The notes under the pieces were generated by a model, which was given only the letters and a program-made list of their open reading frames with translations, did no database searches and was not told the DNA's origin. Position numbers and translations under genes: made by a program. From Synechococcus sp. (GTDB lineage: Bacteria > Cyanobacteriota > Cyanobacteriia > Thermostichales > PCC-7336), in contig JBFRWD010000120.1 in the NCBI GenBank assembly GCA_051439425.1, positions 1 to 57,810 on the forward strand: a stretch of 57,810 nucleotides of DNA. Reading direction: 5' to 3'. Of this stretch, positions 1-11,164 are shown in pieces (position 1 is the stretch's first letter; every line of letters begins with the position of its first letter).

Positions 1-373
1 GGTGACAATCTCCTCTTTATCCCTACTGTTCCGTGAGATACGGAGATTCTGTCCTAATATCCCCAAAATGCCGCAAACAGCTCGAAAAAGAATGGCGACA
101 CGCATTTTTGTATGCCTACATCGATAGGCAGGAGCAAATTTAACACTGAGTTCTCATACGTGTTTGTCAAGACCTGTGTCAACTTTATTAAAAAAAGTTT
201 CTATAAAACTCAATAAATCAAGTTAATGTAATTGAGTCATTTCTGTTGTCAGTCATTCAGCGACTGGGTGCGCTGTTCAAACGCAACCTCGAATTCTGTG
301 GATTCCTTGTGTGGCTGATGCAACTAAATCTGTGGTGTTGGTTCGCTAATTCACTAAGCCTGAAGGGAGAACG

Positions 374-604
374 ATGATGGTAGATGAGCGTATGGAGGCA
401 GCAGTTTTTTCGCTGCTAGAACATCATAGTTTTGAAGAGATCTTAGAAACGTTGCAAACCTACACGGAAACTCAGGCGCGCCTGGCCCACTTGCTGCAAG
501 AGTCTGCAGCTGGTCAAGACTGGCTCATACAGCTAGGTGCACTGAACATGGCTTTTGCTGTACTCAAGGGACAAGATGTATTAGTCACGGTCGAAAGCGA
601 GTAA
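374..604 (+). CDS. small hypothetical protein (76 aa)
   Basis: ATG preceded by GAAGGGAGA (SD-like) and an AT-rich upstream region; no family recognised. Confidence 0.6.
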   Translation: MMVDERMEAAVFSLLEHHSFEEILETLQTYTETQARLAHLLQESAAGQDWLIQLGALNMAFAVLKGQDVLVTVESE

Positions 605-1017
605 GCGAGCGCCTCTCCCCAGATTTCAGGGCGGATATAGCATTCCAACATCACTATCAAGTATCTCCATAATGGAAAAAGCCCTCCGGTGTAAGCGCGA
701 CCCTATGCAATCGCGGCAGTAGATAGACAAGCAAGTCCACTGACTTGTAGGGCTTTTTTCAAGCAGCAGTGCGGGGATACCGTCTAATTCTTTGCTGACC
801 TATCCCCATCAACCGGCCAGTTGACTGCACGGAGTAGAGGCAGTCAGCGACGATCTCCACCATCAAAAATAGACCTTGGGAAATAGACCTCGGCACAAGT
901 TCGCCCCTTGCTCTAAGCAGTACGCTAGACTATGTCCTTGTCCGAACTCCGATGTCTCTGGTCAAAATCTCGATGTCACGTTCGGCAATTGCCACTCTTA
1001 CGCAAGGTTAGCCGTCA

Positions 1018-2469
1018 ATGTCAGCGATCCGTACCCTTCACGAACAGCTCAAGCAGGGAGACCGCACCGCCACCGATATTGCGCAGGAGTATTTGAACCG
1101 GGCCAAGCAGCTCGACCCCCAAGTTCGCAGCTTTTTAACGTTGACAGAGGAGAAAGCCCTCGAACAAGCAGCGGCAATCGACGAAAAGCTCAAGGCTGGT
1201 CACGATCCAGGTTTGCTGGCTGGCATTCCGATCGCCATCAAAGACAACATGTGTACGCAGGGGATCGAAACCACCTGTGCCTCCAAAATTTTGAAAGGAT
1301 TTGTCCCTCCTTACGAATCCACAGTGACTCGTAAGCTGGCCAAAGCAGGGGCCGTCACCATCGGTAAAACTAACCTGGACGAGTTTGCCATGGGGAGTTC
1401 AACGGAAAACTCTGCCGTGCAGCTGACGGCTAACCCTTGGGATTTAGAGCGGGTCCCGGGGGGGTCTTCGGGGGGCTCGGCAGCAGCGGTATCGGCCAAC
1501 CAATCAGTCGTATCCATCGGCTCAGATACAGGGGGCTCGATCCGTCAGCCAGCCTCCTTTTGCGGGGTTGTGGGAATGAAACCAACCTACGGACTCGTCT
1601 CTCGCTACGGATTGGTGGCATTTGCATCGTCTCTCGATCAAGTTGGGCCGTTTGCCCAAACAGTTGAAGACGCAGCTTTGGTTTTGCAAGCGATCGCCGG
1701 CCACGATCCGATGGATGCCACCAGCCTAGATGTAGAAATTCCTGACTACTCCACGACACTGGTTCCCGATGTCAAGGGGATGCGCATTGGCGTCATTGAA
1801 GACTTGATGGGCGAAGGGTGCGAACCCGCTGTATTGGAACTTGTTCAGCAAGCGATCGATCGCTATCAAGAATTGGGGGCTGAAATCGTTCCAGTGAAAT
1901 GTCCGACATTTAAGTATGGACTGGCCACCTATTACATCATTGCCCCCTCCGAAGCCTCAGCAAACTTAGCTCGCTACGACGGAGTGAAATACGGTATACG
2001 CGAGCAAGCCGACTCCCTCTTGGGAATGTATGCCAAGACACGAGATGCAGGATTTGGGGCTGAGGTGAAGCGGAGAATTGCGATCGGCACCTATGCTCTA
2101 TCTGCAGGGTATTACGACGCTTACTACCTCAAAGCCCAGAAAGTTCGAACCCTAATTGCTAGAGATTTTGAACAGGCATTTGCAAAAACTGATGTCCTGT
2201 TAAGCCCGACTTCTCCATCCGTTGCCTTCAAAGCAGGTGACAAAACTGACGATCCTCTCAGCATGTATCTATCTGACTTGATGACCATTCCTGTCAATCT
2301 TGCCGGTCTGCCAGGCTTAAGCCTCCCCTGTGGATTCTCACAAGGATTGCCGGTGGGGCTTCAGTTGGTTGGTAAAGCACTGGGAGAGTCGCAACTGTTC
2401 CGAGCAGCGTACGCCTACGAGCAGTCCACCGATTGGCACAACCAGCATCCGACTATCCCAATGACGTGA
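1018..2469 (+). CDS. gatA: Asp-tRNA(Asn)/Glu-tRNA(Gln) amidotransferase subunit A
   Basis: Amidase signature [47 protein letters not shown]. Confidence 0.97.
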   Translation: MSAIRTLHEQLKQGDRTATDIAQEYLNRAKQLDPQVRSFLTLTEEKALEQAAAIDEKLKAGHDPGLLAGIPIAIKDNMCTQGIETTCASKILKGFVPPYESTVTRKLAKAGAVTIGKTNLDEFAMGSSTENSAVQLTANPWDLERVPGGSSGGSAAAVSANQSVVSIGSDTGGSIRQPASFCGVVGMKPTYGLVSRYGLVAFASSLDQVGPFAQTVEDAALVLQAIAGHDPMDATSLDVEIPDYSTTLVPDVKGMRIGVIEDLMGEGCEPAVLELVQQAIDRYQELGAEIVPVKCPTFKYGLATYYIIAPSEASANLARYDGVKYGIREQADSLLGMYAKTRDAGFGAEVKRRIAIGTYALSAGYYDAYYLKAQKVRTLIARDFEQAFAKTDVLLSPTSPSVAFKAGDKTDDPLSMYLSDLMTIPVNLAGLPGLSLPCGFSQGLPVGLQLVGKALGESQLFRAAYAYEQSTDWHNQHPTIPMT

Positions 2470-2498
2470 CATCGTCAGTAATCACAACTCGTCAAGAC

Positions 2499-2536
2499 GT
2501 AGATCTCTTGAGTAGATCTCTCGAGTAGATCTTGAG
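2499..2536. repeat. short tandem repeat, ~13-bp unit GTAGATCTCTYGA x3 (third copy degenerate)
   Basis: gtagatctcttga gtagatctctcga gtagatcttga read directly in the gatA-sds spacer. Confidence 0.7.
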
Positions 2537-2627
2537 ATCGAAGGGCAGACTACTGAATGCATGGCGTAGAATACAGATAAGGAATGTAAAGTTTCTTCAA
2601 GGTTCTATCCGAGAGTTCGGAGTCCAC

Positions 2628-3599
2628 ATGATTTCAGTCGCGTCACTTTTCGATCCCGTTGATGCCGACCTCAAGCAACTTCGGCAGAATCTTACTAGCC
2701 TAGTTGGGGCGCAGCACCCCGTTCTAGCTGCAGCTGCAGAACATTTGTTTTCTGCGCGAGGTAAGGGAATTCGTCCAGCGCTAGTCTTATTGGCCAGCCG
2801 CGCGACTGCTATAGGCAGCACTCTGACACCGCGACACCGACGATTGGCCGAGATCACTGAAATGATCCACACGGCCAGCCTGGTTCACGATGATGTAATT
2901 GATACCGCTTCACTGCGTCGAGGCGTATCTACAGTCAACGAAGACTATGGCAATCGCATCGCGGTATTGGCTGGCGATTTTCTATTTGCTCAGTCCTCTT
3001 GGTATCTTGCTAACCTTGATAATCTTGAGGTCGTCAAACTACTCTCCAAAGTGATTAAGGACTTTGCGGAAGGGGAAATTCGCCAGAATTTGACGCTCTT
3101 TGACTCCAACCTTTCGTTTGAAGCCTATCTAGACAAAAGCTTTTATAAGACTGCCTCTCTAATGGCAGGTAGCGCGCGAGCTGCCGCTGTACTGAGCGAA
3201 AGTTCCGAATCTATTGCCGCTGCCCTTTACGAGTACGGTCGCTGCTTGGGCATTGCATTCCAGATTGTGGATGACTTGTTGGACTTCACGAGTTCGACAG
3301 AAACCTTAGGCAAACCAGCGGGGTCCGATCTGGCACAAGGAAATCTGACAGCTCCGGTGCTCTATGCTCTGGAGGATAGCCCACGGTTGGAGGAGTTACT
3401 GGCTCGCGAGCTATCCAATCCTGGCGATTTAGAGCATGCACTGACGTTGATCGGTGATAGTGACGGATTGCAGAGAACTCGCAAGCTAGCGGAAGAATTT
3501 ACGCACAAGGCGATCGCTCAGCTCGATATCCTACCCGGCTCGATTTATAAGGACTCTCTCACCAATCTGACTCGTTACAATCTCGATCGCTTGCAGTAA
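2628..3599 (+). CDS. sds: solanesyl diphosphate synthase (trans-polyprenyl synthase)
   Basis: FARM LVHDDVID..RRG and SARM FQIVDDLLD, KTASL, SSWYLANLDNLEVVKLLS; start moved to ATG 2628 (MISVASLF). Confidence 0.93.
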   Translation: MISVASLFDPVDADLKQLRQNLTSLVGAQHPVLAAAAEHLFSARGKGIRPALVLLASRATAIGSTLTPRHRRLAEITEMIHTASLVHDDVIDTASLRRGVSTVNEDYGNRIAVLAGDFLFAQSSWYLANLDNLEVVKLLSKVIKDFAEGEIRQNLTLFDSNLSFEAYLDKSFYKTASLMAGSARAAAVLSESSESIAAALYEYGRCLGIAFQIVDDLLDFTSSTETLGKPAGSDLAQGNLTAPVLYALEDSPRLEELLARELSNPGDLEHALTLIGDSDGLQRTRKLAEEFTHKAIAQLDILPGSIYKDSLTNLTRYNLDRLQ

Positions 3600-3661
3600 T
3601 ACGCTCTACAGGAACGAAAGCCACACTTGTTGTAGAACGTCTTCTCCCACCTGGAACTGTG

Positions 3662-4426
3662 CTAGGCCAAGTCTGTCTCTCTTGCCAGCTGCAACCTACG
3701 CTCGATAGCCTTTACCAGCACTTGGAGAGAGGTGCCATTAGGCAAGGATGACGAAAACTCGAGCCGCTCGATGCGGTCATCCACTTGAATATCGAGTCCC
3801 TGGCTGTCGACATTTGCGAGACTAATTTCGGATACTTGTCGAAATTGGGCAAAAGCCCCCAAGCTGTCTCGGCAGAGTTTCAATACTGATGTGCGTTCTA
3901 GCAGCGCCAGTTCGGCCACAGAGTCGGGTTGGGCAAACTGCTCGGCATATACCCAACCGATAGCTCCAAATCCTCCCACAAAGCGCCCTTTCGTGAAGCG
4001 AACGATATAGAGGCTAAAATCTCCAAAACCGCTGTAGATACTGGCACTGGGGACAAGGGACAGAAAACGATCGCGCATCCCCTGTGTTTGCTCCGTAGGA
4101 ACAGCCTCGGCAATACCTAGATAAGTAAATCGCGCATTAGCCTGAGTTTCGCCAGCCGCATCGGGCTCGATAACAGTAAATGACACATGGGGATCTACTA
4201 GGATATTTTGCGTGTGGGCGGCCAACGTGCTGATCAACAAAATTGGTTCGCCAGTTAGGGTGAGAGCACAAGGGAGCACCGATCCAAACGGATATCCGGG
4301 AACCTGCTTGGACAATGTAGACAGAATGCCATGACGAGCGCGACGCAAAAGAGCTTTTGCCGCCGGTGTGTAGTCGGTTTTAGGAGGTGGGACGGGCTGG
4401 TTCATGGGCCATGCAACGGTAAACAT
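3662..4426 (-). CDS. HugZ / pyridoxamine 5'-phosphate oxidase-like split-barrel protein
   Basis: GILSTLS, GYPFGS, LISTLAAHTQNI, DFSLY, RFVGGFG motifs. Confidence 0.85.
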   Translation of the reverse strand: MFTVAWPMNQPVPPPKTDYTPAAKALLRRARHGILSTLSKQVPGYPFGSVLPCALTLTGEPILLISTLAAHTQNILVDPHVSFTVIEPDAAGETQANARFTYLGIAEAVPTEQTQGMRDRFLSLVPSASIYSGFGDFSLYIVRFTKGRFVGGFGAIGWVYAEQFAQPDSVAELALLERTSVLKLCRDSLGAFAQFRQVSEISLANVDSQGLDIQVDDRIERLEFSSSLPNGTSLQVLVKAIERRLQLARETDLA

Positions 4427-4464
4427 TTTTGGGAAGGGGGTAGGTCCTAACTGCTAATCGCGAT

Positions 4465-4495
4465 AAACCCTCCCCACTGTAATGTCGGGGAGGGT
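4465..4495 (-). terminator. hairpin downstream of rpoD, probable terminator
   Basis: Stem ACCCTCCCC (4467-4475) / GGGGAGGGT (4487-4495), ~27 nt after the rpoD stop; U-tract is short. Confidence 0.5.
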
Positions 4496-4522
4496 GAATG
4501 GGATGCAGATTCAATCGCGAGA

Positions 4523-5644
4523 TCAGCGGATGTATTCCTTTAAAACACTGTTGCGATTGGGATGGCGTAGCTTGCGCAGTGCTTTCGCTTCGATCTGACG
4601 AATGCGCTCGCGGGTTACGTTGAAAATTTGGCCGATTTCTTCGAGGGTCTTCATGCGACCATCATCAAGGCCGTAGCGCAACTTGAGAACATCTCGCTCG
4701 CGCGGGCTCAACGTATCCAGCACACTTTCAAGATCTTCACGTAACAGATTCTTAGCAACGCGATCTTCAGGTGTCTCACCATCGGATTCAATAAAATCGC
4801 CCAGACGAGAATCCTCTTCCTTACCAATCGGTGTTTCCAAAGAAATTGGTAATTGCGCAGACTTGGCAATGAATCGCAATTTCTCGATGGTCATCTCCAT
4901 CCGAGTCGCTATTTCTTCCTCAGTGGGCTTGCGGCCAAATTCCTGAGACAGCAGCTTCGTAGTCTTCTTAATGCGCGAAATCGTCTCGTACAGGTGAACG
5001 GGTAGACGAATGGTGCGAGATTGATCGGCAATGGCACGCGTGATGGCCTGACGAATCCACCAGGTTGCGTAAGTCGAAAATTTATACCCTTTCTCATGGT
5101 CAAACTTCTCAGCAGCGCGAATCAAACCGAGAGAGCCTTCCTGAATGAGGTCTTGAAATGACAGACCACGATTCATATATTTCTTGGCGATGGAGACCAC
5201 CAGTCTCAGATTCGACTGCACCATCTTCTCTTTAGCACGGCGTCCCCGCCCGAGACGGCGACGGAAGTCCATCAAGGGCATATCAACTTCAGCAGCCCAG
5301 GCCTCATCCGTGACATCCTCAGGGTCTTCCCAGACATCACTACCATCCACCATGTCATCGCGGATGCGCTCTAGCTCTAGAAGATCGGCAATCTCGCGAG
5401 CTAGCTCGATCTCCTCATCTGCTCTCAAAAGGCGAATGCGGCCGATTTCTTGAAGGTACAGGCGAATAGAGTCTTCGGTGTATTGCTTCTTTTTGGTGGC
5501 AGCCCGCTTACGAGACTTCCCCTTGGTGGTCTCTTTCTTTTTGGCAGTACTGGCCTGTGCTTTTGGCTCCGTAGTTGCAGACTTGCCAGCCGATTTACTC
5601 GGTAATTTATCGACAAGATCGATTACCTGTTTGGCCTGAGTCAT
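4523..5644 (-). CDS. rpoD: principal RNA polymerase sigma factor SigA/RpoD
   Basis: [70 protein letters not shown]. Confidence 0.98.
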   Translation of the reverse strand: MTQAKQVIDLVDKLPSKSAGKSATTEPKAQASTAKKKETTKGKSRKRAATKKKQYTEDSIRLYLQEIGRIRLLRADEEIELAREIADLLELERIRDDMVDGSDVWEDPEDVTDEAWAAEVDMPLMDFRRRLGRGRRAKEKMVQSNLRLVVSIAKKYMNRGLSFQDLIQEGSLGLIRAAEKFDHEKGYKFSTYATWWIRQAITRAIADQSRTIRLPVHLYETISRIKKTTKLLSQEFGRKPTEEEIATRMEMTIEKLRFIAKSAQLPISLETPIGKEEDSRLGDFIESDGETPEDRVAKNLLREDLESVLDTLSPRERDVLKLRYGLDDGRMKTLEEIGQIFNVTRERIRQIEAKALRKLRHPNRNSVLKEYIR

Positions 5645-6473
5645 GCCGGAATCCTCGTTCCTAATTGCAGATTAACGAATGAAGGGAGAGAGAAGATGTC
5701 GGATCAAAGAAGGAAGTGGACTTTGCCTTGTGCCACCACCTTGCGATTCATCCGGGATACTCTCGAAAGTTGCTACCGTCAAGAAAATGCCGCGACAAAA
5801 GCCAGCATAAGAACCAGCTGGAGGTGCGTCACGGCGGGAAGCCCATTAAAACTCCCTGACTCGCATGTTTCAAACGGACGCCTGTCACCAAGCGTCAGCT
5901 TGAGATGATTGTGGGAAAGAAACAATAGCTTACAACTGGCAGCAACACCAGCCGCAACAACAGGTACATCGCCCTTCAGCCAGAGCTTTCCCCAGCGACA
6001 TCACCGGTATAACATCCATCACCTTGACTGCGGGAAGAAATGAGTCGGTACTCACCGGTACTGCTCACGTCAATTAAACCCGCATTTTAATGTAACCGCT
6101 CACTGATAGTGTCGACAAACGGAATCACACACAAATGAAGCCGCTCGAAACTCGGCATTGGTTCTGCTCAGCTTTCTCAACAATCGTAGACGTTGAGGCC
6201 CGAACCTGATGTCGCCAGCTCCCAGAGACTGTAACAGAATTTGACGTTAAATGGTTAGCTTGTAATGCAGTTAACGCATTGATTTACGCCCTGGTGCATT
6301 AGCAGGAGGACAGACATTTTCCCCAAGCATGTCGCACTTTTGGAGCGCTGCTACTGAATCTCAGCTCCGAGCCGCTAAGTGATAAAGGAGCAGAATGGTC
6401 CTTCTCCAGTATCTGGATGTCCTGACACAGACGAATACATCGGTCGCGCGGAGATGGACCGGGCGGTTTGCGG

Positions 6474-6887
6474 ATGTCTGCGGTAGTGGGCCACAGTCTG
6501 TTGGAAGTCGCCATCTACACCTGTTCCTCCCTCAAACACCGCATTCCGTCAGGGTCACTCTCGTATTGCATCCTTGCTGGACTGTGGCTCGCTTGCTTAG
6601 TCATGGCGGCAGTAGCCCCCGATTTGGATTACATCGTGCCCTGGCTAGACAAGGGACACTATGGTGGACTGCGCATATTCCATAGTTTGCTGTTCAGCTT
6701 GTGGATACCTGGAACACTCGCGCTTGCTTTGTGGGTGGGGAGCAGAGGAAAGTCTTTCATTATGATGATGGTTACTCAAGCGGTCATGGCAGTCTTTTCT
6801 CACCTCATACTGGATTTACTGGTGGGAGTTAGACCTGTCCCTACCCTGTGGAGGCTATCTCAGCTGGTTACAAGCATTCAACATTAG
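6474..6887 (+). CDS. YdjM-like membrane metal-dependent hydrolase, possibly C-terminally truncated
   Basis: GHSL, APDLD, HSLLF and SHLILDLL motifs with hydrophobic segments; ends shortly after P.LW. Confidence 0.65.
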   Translation: MSAVVGHSLLEVAIYTCSSLKHRIPSGSLSYCILAGLWLACLVMAAVAPDLDYIVPWLDKGHYGGLRIFHSLLFSLWIPGTLALALWVGSRGKSFIMMMVTQAVMAVFSHLILDLLVGVRPVPTLWRLSQLVTSIQH

Positions 6888-6960
6888 TCATTGTGCTGTG
6901 TGCGAGATCGCGGTATGTTCGTCCTTCAGAAATGCCGAGCAGGGAGAGTGGGAATGGATT

Positions 6961-7419
6961 GTGGATAGGCCTGCCGATCGGATCGAATCCATCAAGACCG
7001 GTGGAGTCAGTGTAGTCCTCGCTGGGGTTGTGGGTGCACTGCTCATCAGACTCAACATCGAGTTGTCAACTAATGCTGCACTCGCGCCATTATCGACCCC
7101 CGAAGAATTAACCCAGCTTGGTTTAACAGAATACGGAATTGGCTCTATTGGGTTGCTCTTTTCTGCTGCACTGTTCGGCATAACGTATCGCTACGTTGTT
7201 CGCTCCAACAATAATCCCCATCTCGGTCCAGGGGCCGTGGGGGCATTTGGGTTGGTTCGCGGCTGCGCTCAGTTGGAAACTGGCTGGCACCTTCAGTCAC
7301 ACCTCCCCTCTCTTCTAATTGCGGCAGGAGAAAGTTGCTTGGTATTTGCGGCCGTAGCCGCAGGGTTGGATTGGTGTATGAACCAAGGGTGGATAGAACC
7401 ACTCCGTACGGAGGTTTAG
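6961..7419 (+). CDS. conserved hypothetical membrane protein
   Basis: RIESIKTG, LFGITYRYVVR..NNPHL..GAV.AFGLVRG pattern recalled from cyanobacterial proteins; ~4 hydrophobic segments; start uncertain (GTG 6961 chosen, ORF opens at 6898). Confidence 0.7.
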   Translation: MDRPADRIESIKTGGVSVVLAGVVGALLIRLNIELSTNAALAPLSTPEELTQLGLTEYGIGSIGLLFSAALFGITYRYVVRSNNNPHLGPGAVGAFGLVRGCAQLETGWHLQSHLPSLLIAAGESCLVFAAVAAGLDWCMNQGWIEPLRTEV

Positions 7420-7532
7420 TTGCAAAACACAAAACAAATTGAAGTGAAAATTGAAGTGAGAACGCTCACTCCAATGCCATTAACTCTACGTTCAGCCATT
7501 AGCTCAGGTACAGGGCTGAGACATGAGGTTGC

Positions 7533-7934
7533 TCAACCAGGAGTTTCTGTTGGATAGCAAGCTGTTGTCCAACCACGCCACCCTCCGTCCATCGAGCTTA
7601 CGTTGGTGTAGCCCATCTTTTGTGCAGCTTCAGCCGCCAATGCAGAGCGGTAACCACCGCCACAATACAAAACTAAATCAGTTGTTTTGTCGGGATACAG
7701 AGCTTCCAGATCCCGCTCTAAAATTCCCTTCCCCAGATGTACCGCACCGACAATATGCCCTCGCTGCCACTCTGATTCTTCTCTCACATCCACCAATACG
7801 AACAAGTCGCCCTTCTGCTGGCGATCGCGAATGTCGTCAATGCTGTATTCGCGGATGTTCGCCTTTGCCGCAGTCACCAGTGCGAGAAATGCGGGGGAAT
7901 GTTGTTTGGCCATCTTTAAAGCCTTGCCATCCAA
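7533..7934 (-). CDS. single-domain rhodanese / sulfurtransferase
   Basis: VDVREESEW..GHI.GA, active-site loop LYCGGGYRS, SMDGGW. Confidence 0.92.
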   Translation of the reverse strand: MDGKALKMAKQHSPAFLALVTAAKANIREYSIDDIRDRQQKGDLFVLVDVREESEWQRGHIVGAVHLGKGILERDLEALYPDKTTDLVLYCGGGYRSALAAEAAQKMGYTNVSSMDGGWRGWTTACYPTETPG

Positions 7935-8060
7935 ACCCTAAAAAACTGTTGTCAAAACACCCAAGACGATACCGTTAGGGAAACGCCTCACATCAGCGGT
8001 GGGGAGGAGTGATTGACCGGCATTGCGTCGGCCGTTATCTCAATCGCTTTGTATCTAGAG

Positions 8061-8624
8061 TTATTCCACAAGCGCTACTACTGTCTCTCCCCCTTCCTGC
8101 AAAACGACCTCTCCGGTTTGCACCGAGATGGTAGCCACTTTGACGGATTCGTACATGCCACCTTCTTGGATGACATCCGCCACAGAATTGGGGCTTTCCA
8201 CCAGAGCAAAGGTTTCGTTACCCACCTGCACGATCCCCGTAATACGAACGCTACGGGCAAACTCAGCCGGATCGACTGAGGGCAAATCGGGCAGTGTTGC
8301 CGTGGGCTCAGTCTCGAAGTCAATAATGACAGAAGGCGCAGCTTGATTGACTGGCCTAAACGGGTCCGAACGACCAGCGCCTTGAAGGGCCCGCTCGGTT
8401 TCGGTGGCCAAATCCAAAGGCTCAAGCAATCCCGATACCGTGTCGGTTACTTCAAATAACGATTGGGACTCATCGGGAGCTAATAACGTTTGGGACTCAT
8501 CAGGAGTTAATTCTTTATCACCACCCGGCCCCTCTTGTGCCAAAGCAGCTGGCGCACCAATCGCACCAGACGCTAGCAACAATAGACCGACGGCACCCGA
8601 CAACCAAGTCTGTGTGTTCTTCAT
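8061..8624 (-). CDS. secreted PilP-like (type IV pilus / T2SS accessory) protein
   Basis: Signal peptide ending ALA-Q, GRSDPF motif, C-terminal beta domain VRITGIVQVG..FALV..IQEG..VKVATI. Confidence 0.6.
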   Translation of the reverse strand: MKNTQTWLSGAVGLLLLASGAIGAPAALAQEGPGGDKELTPDESQTLLAPDESQSLFEVTDTVSGLLEPLDLATETERALQGAGRSDPFRPVNQAAPSVIIDFETEPTATLPDLPSVDPAEFARSVRITGIVQVGNETFALVESPNSVADVIQEGGMYESVKVATISVQTGEVVLQEGGETVVALVE

Positions 8625-8921
8625 CTCAATTATCCGAACAGCGCGGTATGCCTAGAGTATCTAAAGAAATTTGCTGGAGCTACCGCAGGTGCCCGGAAAC
8701 AATGCAGCGTCCTTCTCCTTACCGCAGAATTTCTTATCCAGTATACCTATGGCGCTATCGGTAGTGGGTGCTACGATCACTCCTTGAGCCTGTCACGCTA
8801 CCGACAGTTCGCGCTCCCGTCGAGGGCCAACCCTCTGGGATATGTACAGAACGTTGCGCACGATTGCACTGTCAAGCGAGCGATCGCGGGTTCGAGACCC
8901 CCTACAGCGAGTGACCAACCC

Positions 8922-10739
8922 ATGCAACCCATTGATTGGATTGTGGTTCTTGTTTACTTAATCGGAACCATGGGAATTGGTGTAGCCCTGTCAAAACGGG
9001 CCTCCGGGTCAATGGCCGATTTCTTTTTGTCGGGGAGATCGCTGGGATGGTGGCTGGCGGGAACGAGTATGGCGGCCACCACATTCTCGATCGATACACC
9101 TCTCTATATCGCTGGTGTGGTGGGGGAACGTGGGATTGCCGGTAACTGGGAATGGTGGAGTTTTGCCATTGCTCACGCCGTCTTGATTTACGTGTTTGCA
9201 CGGTTGTGGAGACGAGCCGAAATTGTCACGGACGCTGAGCTGACAGAATTACGATACGGCGGCAGGGCAGCTGCCGTGTTGCGGGGGACAAAGGCATTTT
9301 TATTTGCAGTCCCCATCAATTGCATTGGCATCGGTTTGGCCATGCTGGCAGCTATCAAAGTGGTGGAAGGATTGCAATTGTGGCAGAGCGCAGGCATCGA
9401 CCCCTCCGACAATCTCAAACTATTTAGTGCGATCGCAGTCAGTGTTCTGGTCATGGTGTATGCGGGGCTATCGGGGCTATGGGGGGTTGTCGTCACTGAT
9501 TTTTTTCAATTTTTCTTGGCCCTTGGCGGTGCATTGGCAGTGGCAATCGCCACAGTGGCACAAATTGGCGGAATGGGAGAACTGGTATTGCAGGTGCAGG
9601 CACTGCCCGAACAAGCTGTTTTGGACTTTGTTCCCATAACCTTCGAGAATGGCTTGTTGCAATGGAGCAAGCTAGCGGGAATATCGGTCAGTACATTTTT
9701 TGCCTACGTGTTCGTACAGTGGTGGGCATTTCGCCGCAGTGATGGGGGGGGAGAATTCGTGCAGCGGTTGGCAGCCACTCGCACTGAAGAGCGAGCAGAA
9801 CAAGCGGCGTGGTTGTTCAACATCCTGCACTACGTGGTGCGGACTTGGCCCTGGATTGTGGTGGCGTTGGCGGCGCTGGTGATTTACCCAAACTTGAGCG
9901 ATCGCGAGCTGGCCTACCCCATGCTAATGCTGGACTTTTTACCGCCCGCGCTGCTGGGGCTGGTGGTTGCATCGCTGATCGCGGCATTTATGAGTACGGT
10001 GTCCACACAGATTAACTGGGGAGCGTCGTATCTAACCAACGACCTCTACGCTCGCTTCCTGCGTCCTCATGCTCAGCAGTCCGAGCTGGTGTGGGCGGGA
10101 CGGGGCTCGTCTTTGTTGGTGACATTGCTCAGTGCGATCGCCGCGTTTTACTTCGAGGATGTAAAAACGGTCTTCCGGTTGGTAATTGCGATCGGTACCG
10201 GACCGGGGATGGTTCTGGTGTTGCGTTGGTTTTGGTGGCGCATCAATGCGCTGACAGAGTTAGCGGCCATGCTGGTGGGATTTATGGTGGGACTGGTCAC
10301 GACCTTTGCTCCGACTATTGCAGCCTATGCAGCTGAACGCCAATTCACTGTATTGGAGAGCGTTGCAACGCGTGCGTCCATTGCAGATTTTGGCGTACGC
10401 CTGATGGTGACGACAGGAATCACAGCCATCGTGTGGATAGTAGTCATGGTGGCCACTCCCCCAGAATCGGATGAAACATTGGATTCCTTTTATCGGAAAG
10501 TGCGGCCGGGTGGCCCGGGTTGGCAGCAGCAGCAAGAGCGGACAGGAATTCCTCCCGCACAAGATCTAGGCAAAGACTTACTGAGAGTCCTGGCGGCGCT
10601 AATGGTGCTATTCGGCCTGATGTTTGCGGTAGGAGGTTTCCTATTGCTGAATTCTATGTTGGGATTTGTCATGCTTGCTGTGGCAGCTGTAGGCCGCTAT
10701 TGGCTGAAGCGATTGGGACGAGCCAAGGCCCTTCTGTAG
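8922..10739 (+). CDS. sodium:solute symporter (SSS) family protein
   Basis: DFFLSGRSL, SMAATTFSIDTP, SGLWGVVVTD, AAFMST; many TM helices; start ATG 8922. Confidence 0.92.
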   Translation: MQPIDWIVVLVYLIGTMGIGVALSKRASGSMADFFLSGRSLGWWLAGTSMAATTFSIDTPLYIAGVVGERGIAGNWEWWSFAIAHAVLIYVFARLWRRAEIVTDAELTELRYGGRAAAVLRGTKAFLFAVPINCIGIGLAMLAAIKVVEGLQLWQSAGIDPSDNLKLFSAIAVSVLVMVYAGLSGLWGVVVTDFFQFFLALGGALAVAIATVAQIGGMGELVLQVQALPEQAVLDFVPITFENGLLQWSKLAGISVSTFFAYVFVQWWAFRRSDGGGEFVQRLAATRTEERAEQAAWLFNILHYVVRTWPWIVVALAALVIYPNLSDRELAYPMLMLDFLPPALLGLVVASLIAAFMSTVSTQINWGASYLTNDLYARFLRPHAQQSELVWAGRGSSLLVTLLSAIAAFYFEDVKTVFRLVIAIGTGPGMVLVLRWFWWRINALTELAAMLVGFMVGLVTTFAPTIAAYAAERQFTVLESVATRASIADFGVRLMVTTGITAIVWIVVMVATPPESDETLDSFYRKVRPGGPGWQQQQERTGIPPAQDLGKDLLRVLAALMVLFGLMFAVGGFLLLNSMLGFVMLAVAAVGRYWLKRLGRAKALL

Positions 10740-11164
10740 ATATCACTCGCCTGCATTATTGAGATATTTACATCTTGGAAAATCGAACCAGACGAGCACT
10801 ACTTTTGTTCAATCGCCCGTTTCAGATTCTGCAATCCGGTTTTGTACGATCTCCCGACAGTGGCATCCACCATCAATCCCAAATAACTGATGTTTCAATA
10901 ACAGGCACGAGCAAACCTCCAGATACAAGATGCTTCAGACTTGAAACACATCAAACATAAACAGCCAGGAAATCTTGATAACGACCCCATACCTGTGACA
11001 GTAGCCGGAGAGTGGGAGGCGGGAAGCTGCAGTTCTGTGATGTTAGGCAAACGTGATGAGTCATGCACAACTGACATCAGACAAGGCATTGCCCAGGAAA
11101 CTAGCGAAAGAGAAATTATTGTTTATTTGCATTTGTATCGAAAACTAAAGATTGAACGGTTAGG

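Noticed and set aside
5696..5908. 70-aa ORF divergent from rpoD
   Set aside because: No recognisable features; lies in the expected long rpoD leader/promoter region.
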